From: Hyphomonas sp.
GTDB lineage: Bacteria > Pseudomonadota > Alphaproteobacteria > Caulobacterales > Hyphomonadaceae
DNA length: 64,000 nucleotides
Direction of reading: 5' to 3'
Assembly (NCBI RefSeq): GCF_018402285.1
Contig: NZ_JAGYJH010000001.1
Location: forward strand, 83,589-147,588
A program made the translations under genes and the position numbers. Of this stretch, positions 1 to 9,854 are shown piece after piece. Every line of letters begins with the position of its first letter. Positions within the stretch are counted from its first letter, which is position 1. The notes under the pieces are model-generated. The model saw nothing but the letters and a program-made list of their open reading frames with translations, was not told the origin of the DNA and made no database searches.

Positions 1-153
1 GTCACGTCCCTTTAATGTCCGGCCGCATAAGGCGCCTGCCAAAGTCAAGAATGGCAGCCAAAAAACCGCAAGGCCCCTGCCGTTACGGTAGCAGGATTAC
101 CAGACACAACCGGTTTAGGGAACGTTAAGTTCGCCAGCCGCCCGCAAAATTGG

Positions 154-2160
154 TCAGGCGAACTCCACCATGATCTCGTCGGCCGCCACGCTGTCGCCCG
201 CCTTTACGTTGATGGCCTTCACCGTGCCGGTTGCGCCTGCACGGATAATGTTCTGCATCTTCATCGCCTCGACGATGCACACCGCCTCGCCTTCCTGCAC
301 TTCCTGACCCATCGTCACGTCCATCGACACGACCAGCCCCGGCATGGGCGAAATGACCAGCTTCGAGGTATCCGCCTTCGGCTTCTCCGGCAGGCGGGCG
401 TGCATGTCGGCCACAAACGGGGTACACACAAGCGCGCGCAGCGCCACGCCGCGATGCCGGAAGAGATAGCCCTCGGTCCGGTCGGCAAACTTCACGGCAA
501 ACGGCTTGCCGTCCAGCACGCCGTCCACAAGATGCTCGCCCGGATGCCAGGACGTCACAAGGCTGTGCGCCTTGCCGCCATCCACCGTGATCTGAGCTTC
601 CCCGTCCTTGCCGATATCAATGGTCACCGGGTGATGCTTGTCGCCCAGGATCACCACCCAGTCCTTGCGCATCGAGGCCGCCGGATCAGACATCTGCCCC
701 GAAATCTGCGCCGCCCGGCGCGAGAAGAAGGCATGCACATAGGCCGCCGAGCAGATCAGCTGCGCTTCCTGTTCCTTCGTCGGCTCTGTGCCCTGGAAGC
801 CTTCGGGGAACTCGTCCTTGATATAGGCCGTCGTGATGTTGCCCGAGCGGAACCGCTTCTCGTCCACAACCGCCGCAATGAACGGAATATTGTCCTGGAT
901 GCCCTCGATGTGGAACCGGTCGAGCGCCTCGCCATGCGCGTCCAGCGCCGCGTCGCGGTCTTTGCCGTGGGTGATCAGCTTGGCGATCATCGGGTCGTAG
1001 AACATCGAGATTTCGTCGCCCTCGCGCACGCCGGAATCCAGGCGCACGGTCCCGCGCGCCACTTTCCCTTCCGCAGGCGGATGGAAGCGCTTCAGGCGGC
1101 CAATCGAAGGCAGGAAGTTCCGGTACGGATCTTCCGCATACACCCGGCTCTCAACCGCCCAGCCATTGATCTTGACATCAGACTGCTTGATCTTCAGCTT
1201 CTCGCCGTAAGCCACCAGCAGCATCTGTTCGACAAGGTCCACCCCGGTGATCATCTCGGTCACCGGATGCTCGACCTGCAGGCGGGTGTTCATTTCCAGG
1301 AAATAGAAGCCCTTGTCCTTGCCGGACGCCACAAACTCCACCGTCCCGGCGCTGTCATAGTTCACAGCCTTGGCGAGCGCCACAGCCTGCTCGCCCATCT
1401 TCTTGCGCGTCTCCGCGTCGAGCAGCGGCGATGGCGCTTCCTCGATGACTTTCTGGTTCCGGCGCTGGATCGAGCATTCGCGCTCGTTGAGGTAGATGCA
1501 GTTGCCATGCTTGTCGCCCAGCACCTGGATTTCGATGTGGCGCGGCTCCAGGATGAACTTCTCGATGAAGATCCGGTCATCGCCGAAGGAGGCTGTCGCT
1601 TCGGCCTTCACCGCCGGGAAGCCTTCTTCGACTTCCTTGTCGTTGGCCGCCACGCGAATGCCTTTGCCACCGCCGCCAGCCGACGCCTTGATCATCACCG
1701 GATAGCCGATCTGGCGGCTGATCTCGACGGCGTGCCTGGTGTCGGTGATGAGGTCCATATGCCCGGGCACGGTCGAAACGCCGGCCTCCGCGGCCAGCTT
1801 CTTCGAGGAAATCTTGTCGCCCATCGCGTCAATCGCGTGCGCGTTCGGGCCGATCCAGCCGATGCCCTCTTTCTCGAGGCGCTTGGCAAAGCCGGCATTC
1901 TCCGAAAGGAAACCAAAGCCCGGATGGATCGCCTCGGCGCCGGTCTGGCGCACGGCGTCAATGATCTTGTCCTGGACGAGGTAGGACTGGGCCGCCGGCG
2001 AAGCACCGATATAAACGGTCTCATCGGCCATCTCGACCGCCATCGAGCCGGCATCGGCATCCGAATAAACCACGACCGTTTTGACGCCGAGCCTCCGGCA
2101 GGTCTTGATGACACGAACAGCGATTTCACCGCGATTGGCGATCAGGATCTTCTTGAACAT
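154..2160 (-). CDS. pccA: Propionyl-/acyl-CoA carboxylase alpha subunit (biotin carboxylase plus biotinyl carrier domain)
   Basis: 668-aa ORF. N-terminal ATP-grasp biotin carboxylase sequence MFKKILIANRGEIAVRVI. C-terminal biotinyl-lysine motif EAMKMQN. Length and architecture are typical of PccA. Confidence 0.9.
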   Translation of the reverse strand: MFKKILIANRGEIAVRVIKTCRRLGVKTVVVYSDADAGSMAVEMADETVYIGASPAAQSYLVQDKIIDAVRQTGAEAIHPGFGFLSENAGFAKRLEKEGIGWIGPNAHAIDAMGDKISSKKLAAEAGVSTVPGHMDLITDTRHAVEISRQIGYPVMIKASAGGGGKGIRVAANDKEVEEGFPAVKAEATASFGDDRIFIEKFILEPRHIEIQVLGDKHGNCIYLNERECSIQRRNQKVIEEAPSPLLDAETRKKMGEQAVALAKAVNYDSAGTVEFVASGKDKGFYFLEMNTRLQVEHPVTEMITGVDLVEQMLLVAYGEKLKIKQSDVKINGWAVESRVYAEDPYRNFLPSIGRLKRFHPPAEGKVARGTVRLDSGVREGDEISMFYDPMIAKLITHGKDRDAALDAHGEALDRFHIEGIQDNIPFIAAVVDEKRFRSGNITTAYIKDEFPEGFQGTEPTKEQEAQLICSAAYVHAFFSRRAAQISGQMSDPAASMRKDWVVILGDKHHPVTIDIGKDGEAQITVDGGKAHSLVTSWHPGEHLVDGVLDGKPFAVKFADRTEGYLFRHRGVALRALVCTPFVADMHARLPEKPKADTSKLVISPMPGLVVSMDVTMGQEVQEGEAVCIVEAMKMQNIIRAGATGTVKAINVKAGDSVAADEIMVEFA

Positions 2161-2323
2161 GCGTCCTCGGCCCTCGAAACTGCAACAAACCCGTCTCCGT
2201 TAAGCCGCCCCTGCCCCCTTGTCCATGCTTGCCCCACCGGCAATTTGCTGCGCTGCCCCTTGCAGCCAAACGGCGCCCAACTAAAGCTGGCGGCCGATAA
2301 AAAATGACGGGAGGGTCAGGTTC

Positions 2324-2523
2324 ATGGGCGGCGCAGGTAAATGGCTTCGGGGCATCGCAAGTGTTGGCGTTGTCATCATCCTCCTGCTCGGCGCAGGCTG
2401 GGTGCTGGTCGGGCCTGACTGGCGCGCCCTCATCGCCCATCCGCCCTCTGGCCGCGACGTTCTCTTCTGGTCAAATCCCCAGCGCGACGCCGCCTTCCGG
2501 ATGATGGACCGACCTGCCCCTGA
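2324..2523 (+). pseudogene. Detached 5' fragment (RBS, start, membrane anchor) of the serine-hydrolase gene downstream, in a different frame
   Basis: ATG 2324 is preceded by GGGAGGG (2309-2315). It encodes a hydrophobic anchor GIASVGVVIILLLGAGWVLVG, then VLFWSNPQRDAAFRMMD. It is in frame 2, whereas the hydrolase core (2620..3543) is in frame 1, which stays open back to 2524. Confidence 0.5.
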
Positions 2524-2619
2524 TCATCGAATCGCGCCCCATCGCGGCCGGCGATACCTCCCGCGCCGCTGCCTGAAGGTCCCCCGCTGGACCTCGGCCC
2601 GCTCGACCTTGACGCCTAT

Positions 2620-3543
2620 ATGGCCTCCCAGAACGCCGCCGCCCTCGTCATCCTGCAGGACGGCAAGATCCGCCTCGAACGGTATGGCAACGCCTTCACG
2701 CCCAGCGGCCGCTGGACCAGCTTCTCCGTTGCCAAATCCCTCACCTCCACTCTTGTTGGCGCCGCGATCGTGGACGGACATATCGAGAGCCTCGAAGACC
2801 CCGTCACGAAATATATCCCCGGTCTGGCCGGCTCCCCCTATGACGAGGTGACAATCGCCCAGCTCCTGACGATGACCTCCGGCGTCGCCTGGAACGAGGA
2901 CTATGAAGACCCCAATTCCGATGTCGCCCGCTTCGACAGCGCCGAGCCTGTCGCCGGTGAGATCGGCATCGTCACCTATATGCGCGGCCTCGAGCGCGCC
3001 CATCCCCCCGGCGAAGTCTGGAACTACTCCACCGGTGAAACAAACCTCATCGGCGTCCTCGTCAGCGCCGCCACCGGCAAGCCCGTCGCAGACTATCTCT
3101 CCGAAAAGATCTGGGTGGCCTATGGCATGGAACAGGACGCCACCTGGCTGCTGGGCCAGGACGGCCACGAAATCTCCGGCTGCTGCATCCAGGCCTCCAC
3201 GCGCGACTTTGCCCGCTTCGGCCAGTTCATCCTCGACGGCGCCATGACAGATGCGGGCCCCGTTGTCCCCGCCGGCTGGCTTGCCGCCGCCACCGTCAAG
3301 CAGGCAGACATCAGCGAGCCCGGCTATGGCTACGGCTATCAGTGGTGGACCTGGGACGAGGGCGCCTTCATGGCCGACGGCATCTTCGGCCAGGGCATCT
3401 TCATCGACCCGGCCCGCAACCTCGTGATCGCGTCCAACGCCAACTGGACCACCGCGCTGGGCCTGCGCGATGGCGAATGGCCCGCCCGCTCGGACTTCTA
3501 CCGCAAGGTTCAGGCTGCAATCGACGCCGAAGCGGCGGAGTAA
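2620..3543 (+). CDS. Serine hydrolase, beta-lactamase/esterase fold (core ORF)
   Basis: 307-aa ORF with an SxxK motif (FSVAKSLTSTLVG). No recognisable RBS lies before ATG 2620. Confidence 0.8.
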   Translation: MASQNAAALVILQDGKIRLERYGNAFTPSGRWTSFSVAKSLTSTLVGAAIVDGHIESLEDPVTKYIPGLAGSPYDEVTIAQLLTMTSGVAWNEDYEDPNSDVARFDSAEPVAGEIGIVTYMRGLERAHPPGEVWNYSTGETNLIGVLVSAATGKPVADYLSEKIWVAYGMEQDATWLLGQDGHEISGCCIQASTRDFARFGQFILDGAMTDAGPVVPAGWLAAATVKQADISEPGYGYGYQWWTWDEGAFMADGIFGQGIFIDPARNLVIASNANWTTALGLRDGEWPARSDFYRKVQAAIDAEAAE

Positions 3544-3831
3544 AGCCTCACCAAAACCATGTGTAACCGGGGACATGGGTTACAGGTGTCATGGTATTTT
3601 CCGTGTGCAGCTGGAGTTGACGCGCCTCGGCAAATCCACCAGACGCGACGCCTGCGAGCTCCTCCGGGAACTGACGGAAACCACCAGTACCCGCTTCTGT
3701 CACAACATGTCCTCCGGGCTGGCCTGCCCCATGGCCTGCCCTGCCCCCGCCACTTCGCAGGGGAGGAAAAGGACGCTTGCCTCCCTGTGTCAAATATGTT
3801 AGTGAACGCTCACTTTTAAGGAGAAGGCCCC

Positions 3832-4800
3832 ATGCCCGTCATCCGCCTCGACCTCGCCGCCCTCATGAAATCCGGCCAGATCACGCCCGAGGAGGCCACC
3901 CGGCTTGCCGCCCTCGCCCTGCCTGGCACGCGCGCCGGCCTGGCGGTCAACCTGCTCCTGATCTTCGGCGCCGTCGCGGTCGCCATTGCCGCCATCGCCC
4001 TTGTGCCCAATGCGGCCACCGGCCTGATGCTCGCCCTCGGCGCCATCACGGGCGCGGAAATCCTCCGCCGCCTGAAGACGGGTCCTGTCACCGGCGATAG
4101 CTTTGCCCTCCTCGCCACTGCCCTTGCCCTCATGGGCACACTCGGCCTCGCCGGCTGGACCGCCTGGCAGTTCCAGGACGCCCCCGCCACCGCCCCTGCC
4201 GTGCTGGTCACCTTCGTGCTCGCCGCCGGCGCCCTCTGGTATTGCTCCGCCTTCCTCGCAGCCCTGGCCGTCCTCGCCCTCGGCGCGGTCTTCGGCACAG
4301 GAACGGGCTACTGGCATGCCAGCTACGGCCTCTTCGTGGAGGAGCCGGTGATCACGATCGCTGTCTTCGGCGCCCTCGCCGCCGGCCTCTATCAGCTGCG
4401 CGCAACGCTCCCGGAAGCCTGGTCCAATCTCACCACTGTTGCGGCCCGCACCGGTCTTGTCCTTGTCCATTTCGGCTTCTGGGTCGGCTCGCTCTGGGGC
4501 GATGTCATCGGCGACAGCTGGCTGCCCTATGGTTCGCGCTCGGAGGCTGGCCGCATCCTTCCCTGGATATTCTCCCTCGGCTGGGCCGGCTTCTCCCTCG
4601 CCCTTGCCCTGCGCACCCCGCGCGGCGGCTTCCTGTCAGTCAGCGCCCTCGTCTTCCTCGCCATCCATGGCTACACCCAGTATTTCGAGACCTTCGGCGC
4701 CGAGCCGATGAGCCTCCTCATCGCGGGCCTCGTCCTGGTTGGCCTCGCCATCGGCGTCGCCCGGTTCGTCCGCCGGGGCGAGCTCAAGCCTGACGGATGA
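3832..4800 (+). CDS. Polytopic membrane protein, function unknown
   Basis: 322-aa ORF. AAGGAG RBS about 7 nt upstream of the ATG. Many Ala/Leu/Gly-rich hydrophobic segments. Confidence 0.6.
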   Translation: MPVIRLDLAALMKSGQITPEEATRLAALALPGTRAGLAVNLLLIFGAVAVAIAAIALVPNAATGLMLALGAITGAEILRRLKTGPVTGDSFALLATALALMGTLGLAGWTAWQFQDAPATAPAVLVTFVLAAGALWYCSAFLAALAVLALGAVFGTGTGYWHASYGLFVEEPVITIAVFGALAAGLYQLRATLPEAWSNLTTVAARTGLVLVHFGFWVGSLWGDVIGDSWLPYGSRSEAGRILPWIFSLGWAGFSLALALRTPRGGFLSVSALVFLAIHGYTQYFETFGAEPMSLLIAGLVLVGLAIGVARFVRRGELKPDG

Positions 4801-5218
4801 ATTTGGAAAAGGTGTAGATCAGGTCTCGCGGCGCCTCGGCCGTCATCAGGCTGTCGACAGGATCGTCGCGTCTTGCCAGCATGGTCCCGGCAACTTTCGT
4901 GGATTGGCCGTCTTTGTCCACGCGGAAGTAGTTCATCGACCAGAGCGGAAAGGCCCGCGTTCGGGAGCATTCGGCCAGGATGCGCACCACGCCGCTATGC
5001 CGGTCGTCCTTCATTATCCGGCCGAAAATGTCCTCTACCTCTGCGCGCGGACCCTCGATCAGCTGCATGAAGCTCGCCCCATTATGGGCGAGGTAGCCGG
5101 TGATGTGGCGCTCTTCATTATTGGACTGGGAGGTGTTGAGAATACTCAGCATATCCGTCTCCGTCAGGCCGGGACGGGCCGTGCTCACATAGATCAGGCG
5201 GAACAGGTCATGGCTCAT
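4784..5218 (-). CDS. Stand-alone BLUF domain blue-light/FAD sensor protein
   Basis: An internal Met of the 299-aa ORF gives a 144-aa protein, MSHDLFRLIYVS...ITGYLAHNGASFMQLIEG...DDRHSGV...WSM. Conserved BLUF Tyr, Gln and Trp/Met positions are present. The upstream part of the ORF is Ala/Arg-rich shadow sequence. Confidence 0.85.
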   Translation of the reverse strand: MSHDLFRLIYVSTARPGLTETDMLSILNTSQSNNEERHITGYLAHNGASFMQLIEGPRAEVEDIFGRIMKDDRHSGVVRILAECSRTRAFPLWSMNYFRVDKDGQSTKVAGTMLARRDDPVDSLMTAEAPRDLIYTFSKFIRQA

Positions 5219-5393
5219 GCAGATAGAACGAACAGCCATATATACCGGTTCCCGGCAAGCTGCTGCACCGCCCGGTTGCCCCGCCGCCCCCGCGCCGCGC
5301 GCCACGCGGGCGCGCCCCTCCCTTGACTTCCCCGCCGGCCCCCAGCCCATTGATAAGGCAGCAAAAACCGGACCGGGATAAAGGAAACACCAG

Positions 5394-6206
5394 ATGACCC
5401 AACGAGACCTTGAAGGCCGCACCGCTCTGATCACCGGTTCGGCCACCGGCCTTGGCCGCTCGATCGCCCTTAAGCTCGCCGAACGCGGCGCCAGCGTCAT
5501 CATCAACTGCACCAAGTCGATTGCCGATGGCGAAGCCACCGTCGCCGATTGCCAGGCCGCCGGCGCCCAGGCCCGTCTTGTCCCGGCGGATATCTCCACC
5601 GATGAAGGCTGCCAGAAGCTCGCCGATGCCGCCGCCCAGGCCGGCCGGCTCGACATCCTCGTCAACAATGCCGGCATAACCAAACATGCCCGCGATCACA
5701 GCGACCTGGACGCCCTCAGCCGGGAGGATTTCCTCAACCTCTACTCTGTCAATGTCGCCGGGCCCTTCATCCTTCTGCAGAAAACCAAGGACCTGCTGGT
5801 CGAGGCCCACCGCCAGACCGGCCGCGCCTCTGCCGTCCTCAATGTCTCCTCCATTGCCGGTGTGGCCGGGGTTGGCTCATCGGTCGCCTATGCCGCCTCC
5901 AAGGGCGCGTTCAATACCATGACGATCAGCCTCGCCCGGGCGCTGGCCCCCGCTATCCGCGTCAACGCCGTCTGCCCGGGCTTCATTGGCACCCGCTGGT
6001 TCAAGGACACGATGAGCGAGGAGCAATACACGAAGATGGAGGCCGGGGTGGCCGCCTCGGTCCCCCTGAATGTCGCCTCCGGCCCGGACGACATTGCCGA
6101 TTCCGCCCTGTTCCTCGTCAGTGACGCCTCCCGTCACATAACTGGTGAAACCCTGCTGGTGGATGCCGGCATGCACCTTGGCTATGCCCCGCTGAAGGCA
6201 CGCTGA
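5394..6206 (+). CDS. SDR family oxidoreductase
   Basis: TGSATGLGRS cofactor motif, NNAG, and YAASK catalytic motif. 270 aa. Confidence 0.9.
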   Translation: MTQRDLEGRTALITGSATGLGRSIALKLAERGASVIINCTKSIADGEATVADCQAAGAQARLVPADISTDEGCQKLADAAAQAGRLDILVNNAGITKHARDHSDLDALSREDFLNLYSVNVAGPFILLQKTKDLLVEAHRQTGRASAVLNVSSIAGVAGVGSSVAYAASKGAFNTMTISLARALAPAIRVNAVCPGFIGTRWFKDTMSEEQYTKMEAGVAASVPLNVASGPDDIADSALFLVSDASRHITGETLLVDAGMHLGYAPLKAR

Positions 6207-6403
6207 CTCGCCCTCTGCCTGATTTCTGGACGCTGCAGCGCACAATTGCGAGGCAAGGGCATCTGCATCTGCCTAAAACAGCGGCGTTCCGCCCCCTCTC
6301 GCCGGTGTTCCCGTCAGGGCAGCATCGGCAAGACCGGGAAAGCCCGGCACTTTCGTCCATGGCGCTCAAGCGGGAGCGTGATCAAAAGACGGGGTTAACA
6401 CGC

Positions 6404-7075
6404 ATGCGTATGAAATTTCTTCAGGCGGGAGTCGCACTGGCTGTCATGGTGGCGGCTGCCGGCACTGCCTCGGCCCAGGGTGAGTTCTCGGGCAACGTCG
6501 CTCTGACCACAGACTATGTCTGGCGCGGTGTCTCCCAGTCCAACGGCGACATGGCCATCTCCGGCGGCTTCGACTATTCCAACGGCATGTTCTATGCCGG
6601 CACCTGGGCATCGAACGTCGATTTCGGTGACGCGTCCGACACCAACGTGGAAATCGACTTCTATGGCGGTCTTGCCGGTGAACTCGAAAGCGGCATCAGC
6701 TGGGATGTCGGCGTGATCTACTACGCCTATCCCGACGCGGAGGAATCCGACCTGGACTTCGTCGAAATCAAGGGCGCGCTCGGCTATGCCTTTGAAGGCG
6801 GCCTCGCTGTCGGCGGTGAAGCCTATTACGACATCGACAACAAGAACCTCTATCTGAACGCCACGGCAGGCTATTCCCTGTCCGACGCCTTCAGCGTGGA
6901 CGGCAGCGTCGGCAACTACCAGTTCGATGCTGGCGGCGACTACACCAACTGGTCGCTCGGCGGCACCTACTCCGCCCTCGGCTTCGGCTTTGACCTGCGC
7001 TACTGGGATACCGACATCGACGCCACCGACATCGCCGACGAGCGCATCGTGTTCACCATTTCGCGCTCAATGTAA
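6404..7075 (+). CDS. Outer-membrane beta-barrel protein (TIGR02001/TorF-like family as recalled)
   Basis: Signal peptide MRMKFLQAGVALAVMVAAAGTASAQ. VALTTDYVWRGVSQSNG..FYAGTWASNVDF..EIDFYGG pattern. Start is 6404 or 6410. Confidence 0.75.
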   Translation: MRMKFLQAGVALAVMVAAAGTASAQGEFSGNVALTTDYVWRGVSQSNGDMAISGGFDYSNGMFYAGTWASNVDFGDASDTNVEIDFYGGLAGELESGISWDVGVIYYAYPDAEESDLDFVEIKGALGYAFEGGLAVGGEAYYDIDNKNLYLNATAGYSLSDAFSVDGSVGNYQFDAGGDYTNWSLGGTYSALGFGFDLRYWDTDIDATDIADERIVFTISRSM

Positions 7076-7112
7076 TCTGCCTGAAGGACCTGGAAACAGG
7101 GCCTGAAATCTG

Positions 7113-7160
7113 AAGCCGCGTGCGGGGTGTCTGTTTTCCCGGCACGCGGCTTTCTTTTTT
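7113..7160 (+). terminator. Rho-independent terminator
   Basis: 11-bp stem AAGCCGCGTGC / GCACGCGGCTT followed by TTTCTTTTTT. Confidence 0.7.
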
Positions 7161-7234
7161 CGCGTTTACGAAGAGGGGGTAGAACCGCCTCAAAAGGCGG
7201 TTTATAGGCATGATCTTTCCCTGAGGAGAGGCGC

Positions 7235-8356
7235 ATGCGAATTGGTGTTCCAACAGAAATCAAAAAGCAGGAATCCCGTGTCGGCCTGACACCTGAAAGC
7301 GCTGGCGAGCTCGTTCGCGCGGGCCATCAGGTGAACATTCAGGCAGGCGCGGGTGTTGCTTCAGGCTTTGCTGACGAAGCCTATACCGCCATCGGCGCGG
7401 CAATCCTGCCCGATGCCGCCGCCCTGTTCGGCGAGAGCGAACTGATCGTAAAAGTGAAGGAACCGCAGCCGGAAGAAACCGCGCGCCTCACGAAGAACCA
7501 TACCCTCTTCACCTACCTCCACCTCGCTCCCGATCCGGTCCAGGCCAGGGGCCTGATGGATTCCGGCTGCCTTGCGATTGCCTATGAAACGGTGACCGAT
7601 GCGCATGGCGCCCTGCCGCTGCTGCGCCCGATGAGCCAGGTGGCCGGGCGCATGTCGATGCAGGTGGCTGCCGGCGCGCTGATGCGCACCAAGGGACGCG
7701 GCCGCGGCATCCTGATGGGCGGCGTGCCCGGCGTGGCGCCTGCAAAGGTCGTCATTATCGGCGGCGGCGTCTCGGGCACCCATGCCGCAGAAATCGCTGT
7801 CGGCATGCGGGCCGATGTCTGGATCTTCGACCGCAACAATGAACGCCTTGGCGAGCTCGACGAGCAGTTCCGCGGCACCGTCAACACGATGTATTCCACC
7901 GCCCACTCCCTCGCCGAAGCGATCAAGGACGCAGACCTCGTGATCGGCGCTGTGCTGATCCCCGGCGCCTCGGCTCCCAAGCTGATCAGCCGCGCGCAGC
8001 TCTCCACCATGCAGCCGGGCTCGGTACTGGTGGACATCGCCATCGACCAGGGCGGCTGTTTCGAGACAAGCCATCCGACCACGCATGATGACCCCATCTA
8101 CGAAGTCGACGGCATCCTCCACTATTGCGTGGCCAACATGCCCGGCGCCGTGCCGCGCACTTCCACCTACGCGCTCAACAACGCCACCCTGCCCTTCGTC
8201 ATGCAGATCGCCAATCTCGGCGCCCGCAATGCCATCAACGCCAACAAGCATCTGGCCAATGGACTCACGGTCGATCAGGGCACCATCGCCCACAAGCTCG
8301 TCGCCCGCGACCTTGGCGAAAAATATGTGCGTCCGGAATGGCTGACGGTCATCTGA
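7235..8356 (+). CDS. ald: Alanine dehydrogenase
   Basis: MRIGVPTEIKKQESRVGLTP N-terminus, GGGVSG NAD motif, 373 aa, GAGGAG RBS. Confidence 0.95.
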   Translation: MRIGVPTEIKKQESRVGLTPESAGELVRAGHQVNIQAGAGVASGFADEAYTAIGAAILPDAAALFGESELIVKVKEPQPEETARLTKNHTLFTYLHLAPDPVQARGLMDSGCLAIAYETVTDAHGALPLLRPMSQVAGRMSMQVAAGALMRTKGRGRGILMGGVPGVAPAKVVIIGGGVSGTHAAEIAVGMRADVWIFDRNNERLGELDEQFRGTVNTMYSTAHSLAEAIKDADLVIGAVLIPGASAPKLISRAQLSTMQPGSVLVDIAIDQGGCFETSHPTTHDDPIYEVDGILHYCVANMPGAVPRTSTYALNNATLPFVMQIANLGARNAINANKHLANGLTVDQGTIAHKLVARDLGEKYVRPEWLTVI

Positions 8357-8374
8357 CCATCTGACTCCAGATGT

Positions 8375-8410
8375 AAAAGCCCGGACAGCGTCCTGCTGCC
8401 CGGGCTTTTT
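8375..8410. terminator. Bidirectional hairpin terminator between convergent ald and amidohydrolase genes
   Basis: AAAAGCCCGG ... CCGGGCTTTT, with A-run and T-run flanks. Confidence 0.6.
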
Positions 8411-8429
8411 GCTGCCTTGCGCTGCGGCC

Positions 8430-9737
8430 TCAGGGTTTGATGACCTCGCCGCGCGCCATGACGAAGCTGACAGATTTCAGCAGCTTCACATCCGCCACCG
8501 GGTCTCCCTTCACGGCGATGATGTCGGCGCTCTTGCCGGGCTCCAGTGTGCCGGCCGTTTCGGTGATGCCGAGCAGGTCGGCCGCGTTCACGGTGGCCGC
8601 CTTGATGGCTTCCATCGGCGGCATCCCGAAGCGCACCATCAGCTCGAACTCATCCCCGTTGCGGCCATGCTTCGAAACGCCGGCATCGGTGCCGAAGGCA
8701 ATCGGAACGCCCTTGGGATAGAGGATTTCGAGGCTCTTGCCGGTGATGCCGATGCGCCATTCGATCTTGGCGCGCACATCGGGCTCATACGCGTCGGGAT
8801 TGGCTTCCAGCCGCTCGATATATCCGTTCACGGTCGAAAGGGTCGGCACATAATAAGCGCCCGAGGCCACGAACGCCTCGATGGTTTCCGGGTCAAGGAT
8901 TGTACCATGCTCGATGGAATCCACTCCCGCTTCCAGCGCCAGGCGGATACCGTCCTCGCCATGGGCATGGGCCGAGACCTTCTTGCCAAAGAGGTTTGCC
9001 GTCTGCACGATGGCCACTGCCTCGTCCTCGAACATCTGCTTGCCAAGGCCCGCGCCGATCCGGCTGTTGACCCCGCCGGTGGTGGCGAGCTTGATCACGT
9101 CCGCCCCGCGCGACACTTGCAAACGGACCGCCCGGCGGCAATCCTCGGCCCCGTCACACGTATTGCCCGCTGCCTTGAAATAGGGACGCAGCTCGTCGCG
9201 GTATCCCAGCGAGCCATCCATATGGCCCGACGACACCGAGATCGAATTGCCCGCGTCCAGAATGCGCGGCCCCTGGATCTGGCCATCATTGATCGCGTCG
9301 CGCAGCGCCAGCACCGCCCCGTCGCTGTCGCCCAGATTACGCACCGTGGTGAAGCCTGCGCGCAGCGTCTTCATCCCGTTCTCCCAGGCGTCAAAAGCCT
9401 GCGCTGCCGGCGAGAGGGTGATCTCTTCCAGCTGCCCGGCAATCCCGCCGGAATCAGACGTGAGGTGGACATGCGCGTCGATCAGGCCGGGCAGCACATA
9501 GCTGTCCTTCAGGTCGATCACGCGGACATTGCGGCCCGCCGCCTTGAAACCATTTTCCACGGACACGATCTTGCCATCTGTCACGGTAATAGTGGTCGCC
9601 CCGCGCGGCGCATTGCCCGGCACATCCAGCACCTTTCCGGCGTGGATGATCACGGTCTCAGCGGCAGACGGCAGCGCCGCCGCAACGCAGAGCGCTGCAA
9701 TTGCGGCAGCGCGTTTCAGGCTCAGGGTAAAGGTCAT
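8430..9737 (-). CDS. Secreted metal-dependent amidohydrolase family protein
   Basis: Signal peptide. LPGLIDAHVHL metal-binding motif. Later HAHG and DAG motifs. 435 aa. Confidence 0.85.
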   Translation of the reverse strand: MTFTLSLKRAAAIAALCVAAALPSAAETVIIHAGKVLDVPGNAPRGATTITVTDGKIVSVENGFKAAGRNVRVIDLKDSYVLPGLIDAHVHLTSDSGGIAGQLEEITLSPAAQAFDAWENGMKTLRAGFTTVRNLGDSDGAVLALRDAINDGQIQGPRILDAGNSISVSSGHMDGSLGYRDELRPYFKAAGNTCDGAEDCRRAVRLQVSRGADVIKLATTGGVNSRIGAGLGKQMFEDEAVAIVQTANLFGKKVSAHAHGEDGIRLALEAGVDSIEHGTILDPETIEAFVASGAYYVPTLSTVNGYIERLEANPDAYEPDVRAKIEWRIGITGKSLEILYPKGVPIAFGTDAGVSKHGRNGDEFELMVRFGMPPMEAIKAATVNAADLLGITETAGTLEPGKSADIIAVKGDPVADVKLLKSVSFVMARGEVIKP

Positions 9738-9854
9738 CGGATCAGTCCTCCCGGGTCAACAGATCTGGCATAACTCTTATAGGACGGTTGCGCCGAGAAA
9801 ACCCTCATCATCCATCCCATCTCGGCTAGGGTGGGCAAAGACAAGGAGGCCCTC

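Noticed and set aside
400-2307. A 635-aa ORF antisense to pccA. Similar long antisense or overlapping ORFs are at 8409..9773, 9777..10775, 10681..12276, 18425..19894, 19081..20022, 21424..22521, 38025..39278, 47423..48700, 59758..61320 and 61917..63557.
   Set aside because: These are shadow ORFs typical of high-GC DNA. Their translations are Arg/Ala/Gly/Pro-rich with no motifs, and each overlaps a gene with clear family signatures on the other strand.
3544-3831. Small ORFs (3470..3802, 3559..3819, 3548..3793) and a 7-bp hairpin TGTAACC/GGTTACA in the 288-bp gap after the first hydrolase gene.
   Set aside because: The ORFs have no RBS or motifs and overlap one another. The hairpin is short and lacks a U-tract. 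There is not enough evidence for a gene or terminator call.
5219-5683. The N-terminal 155 codons of the 299-aa ORF containing the BLUF domain.
   Set aside because: It is low complexity (Ala/Arg/Pro) and overlaps the SDR gene start region on the other strand. BLUF proteins start right at the ..LFRLIYVS strand.
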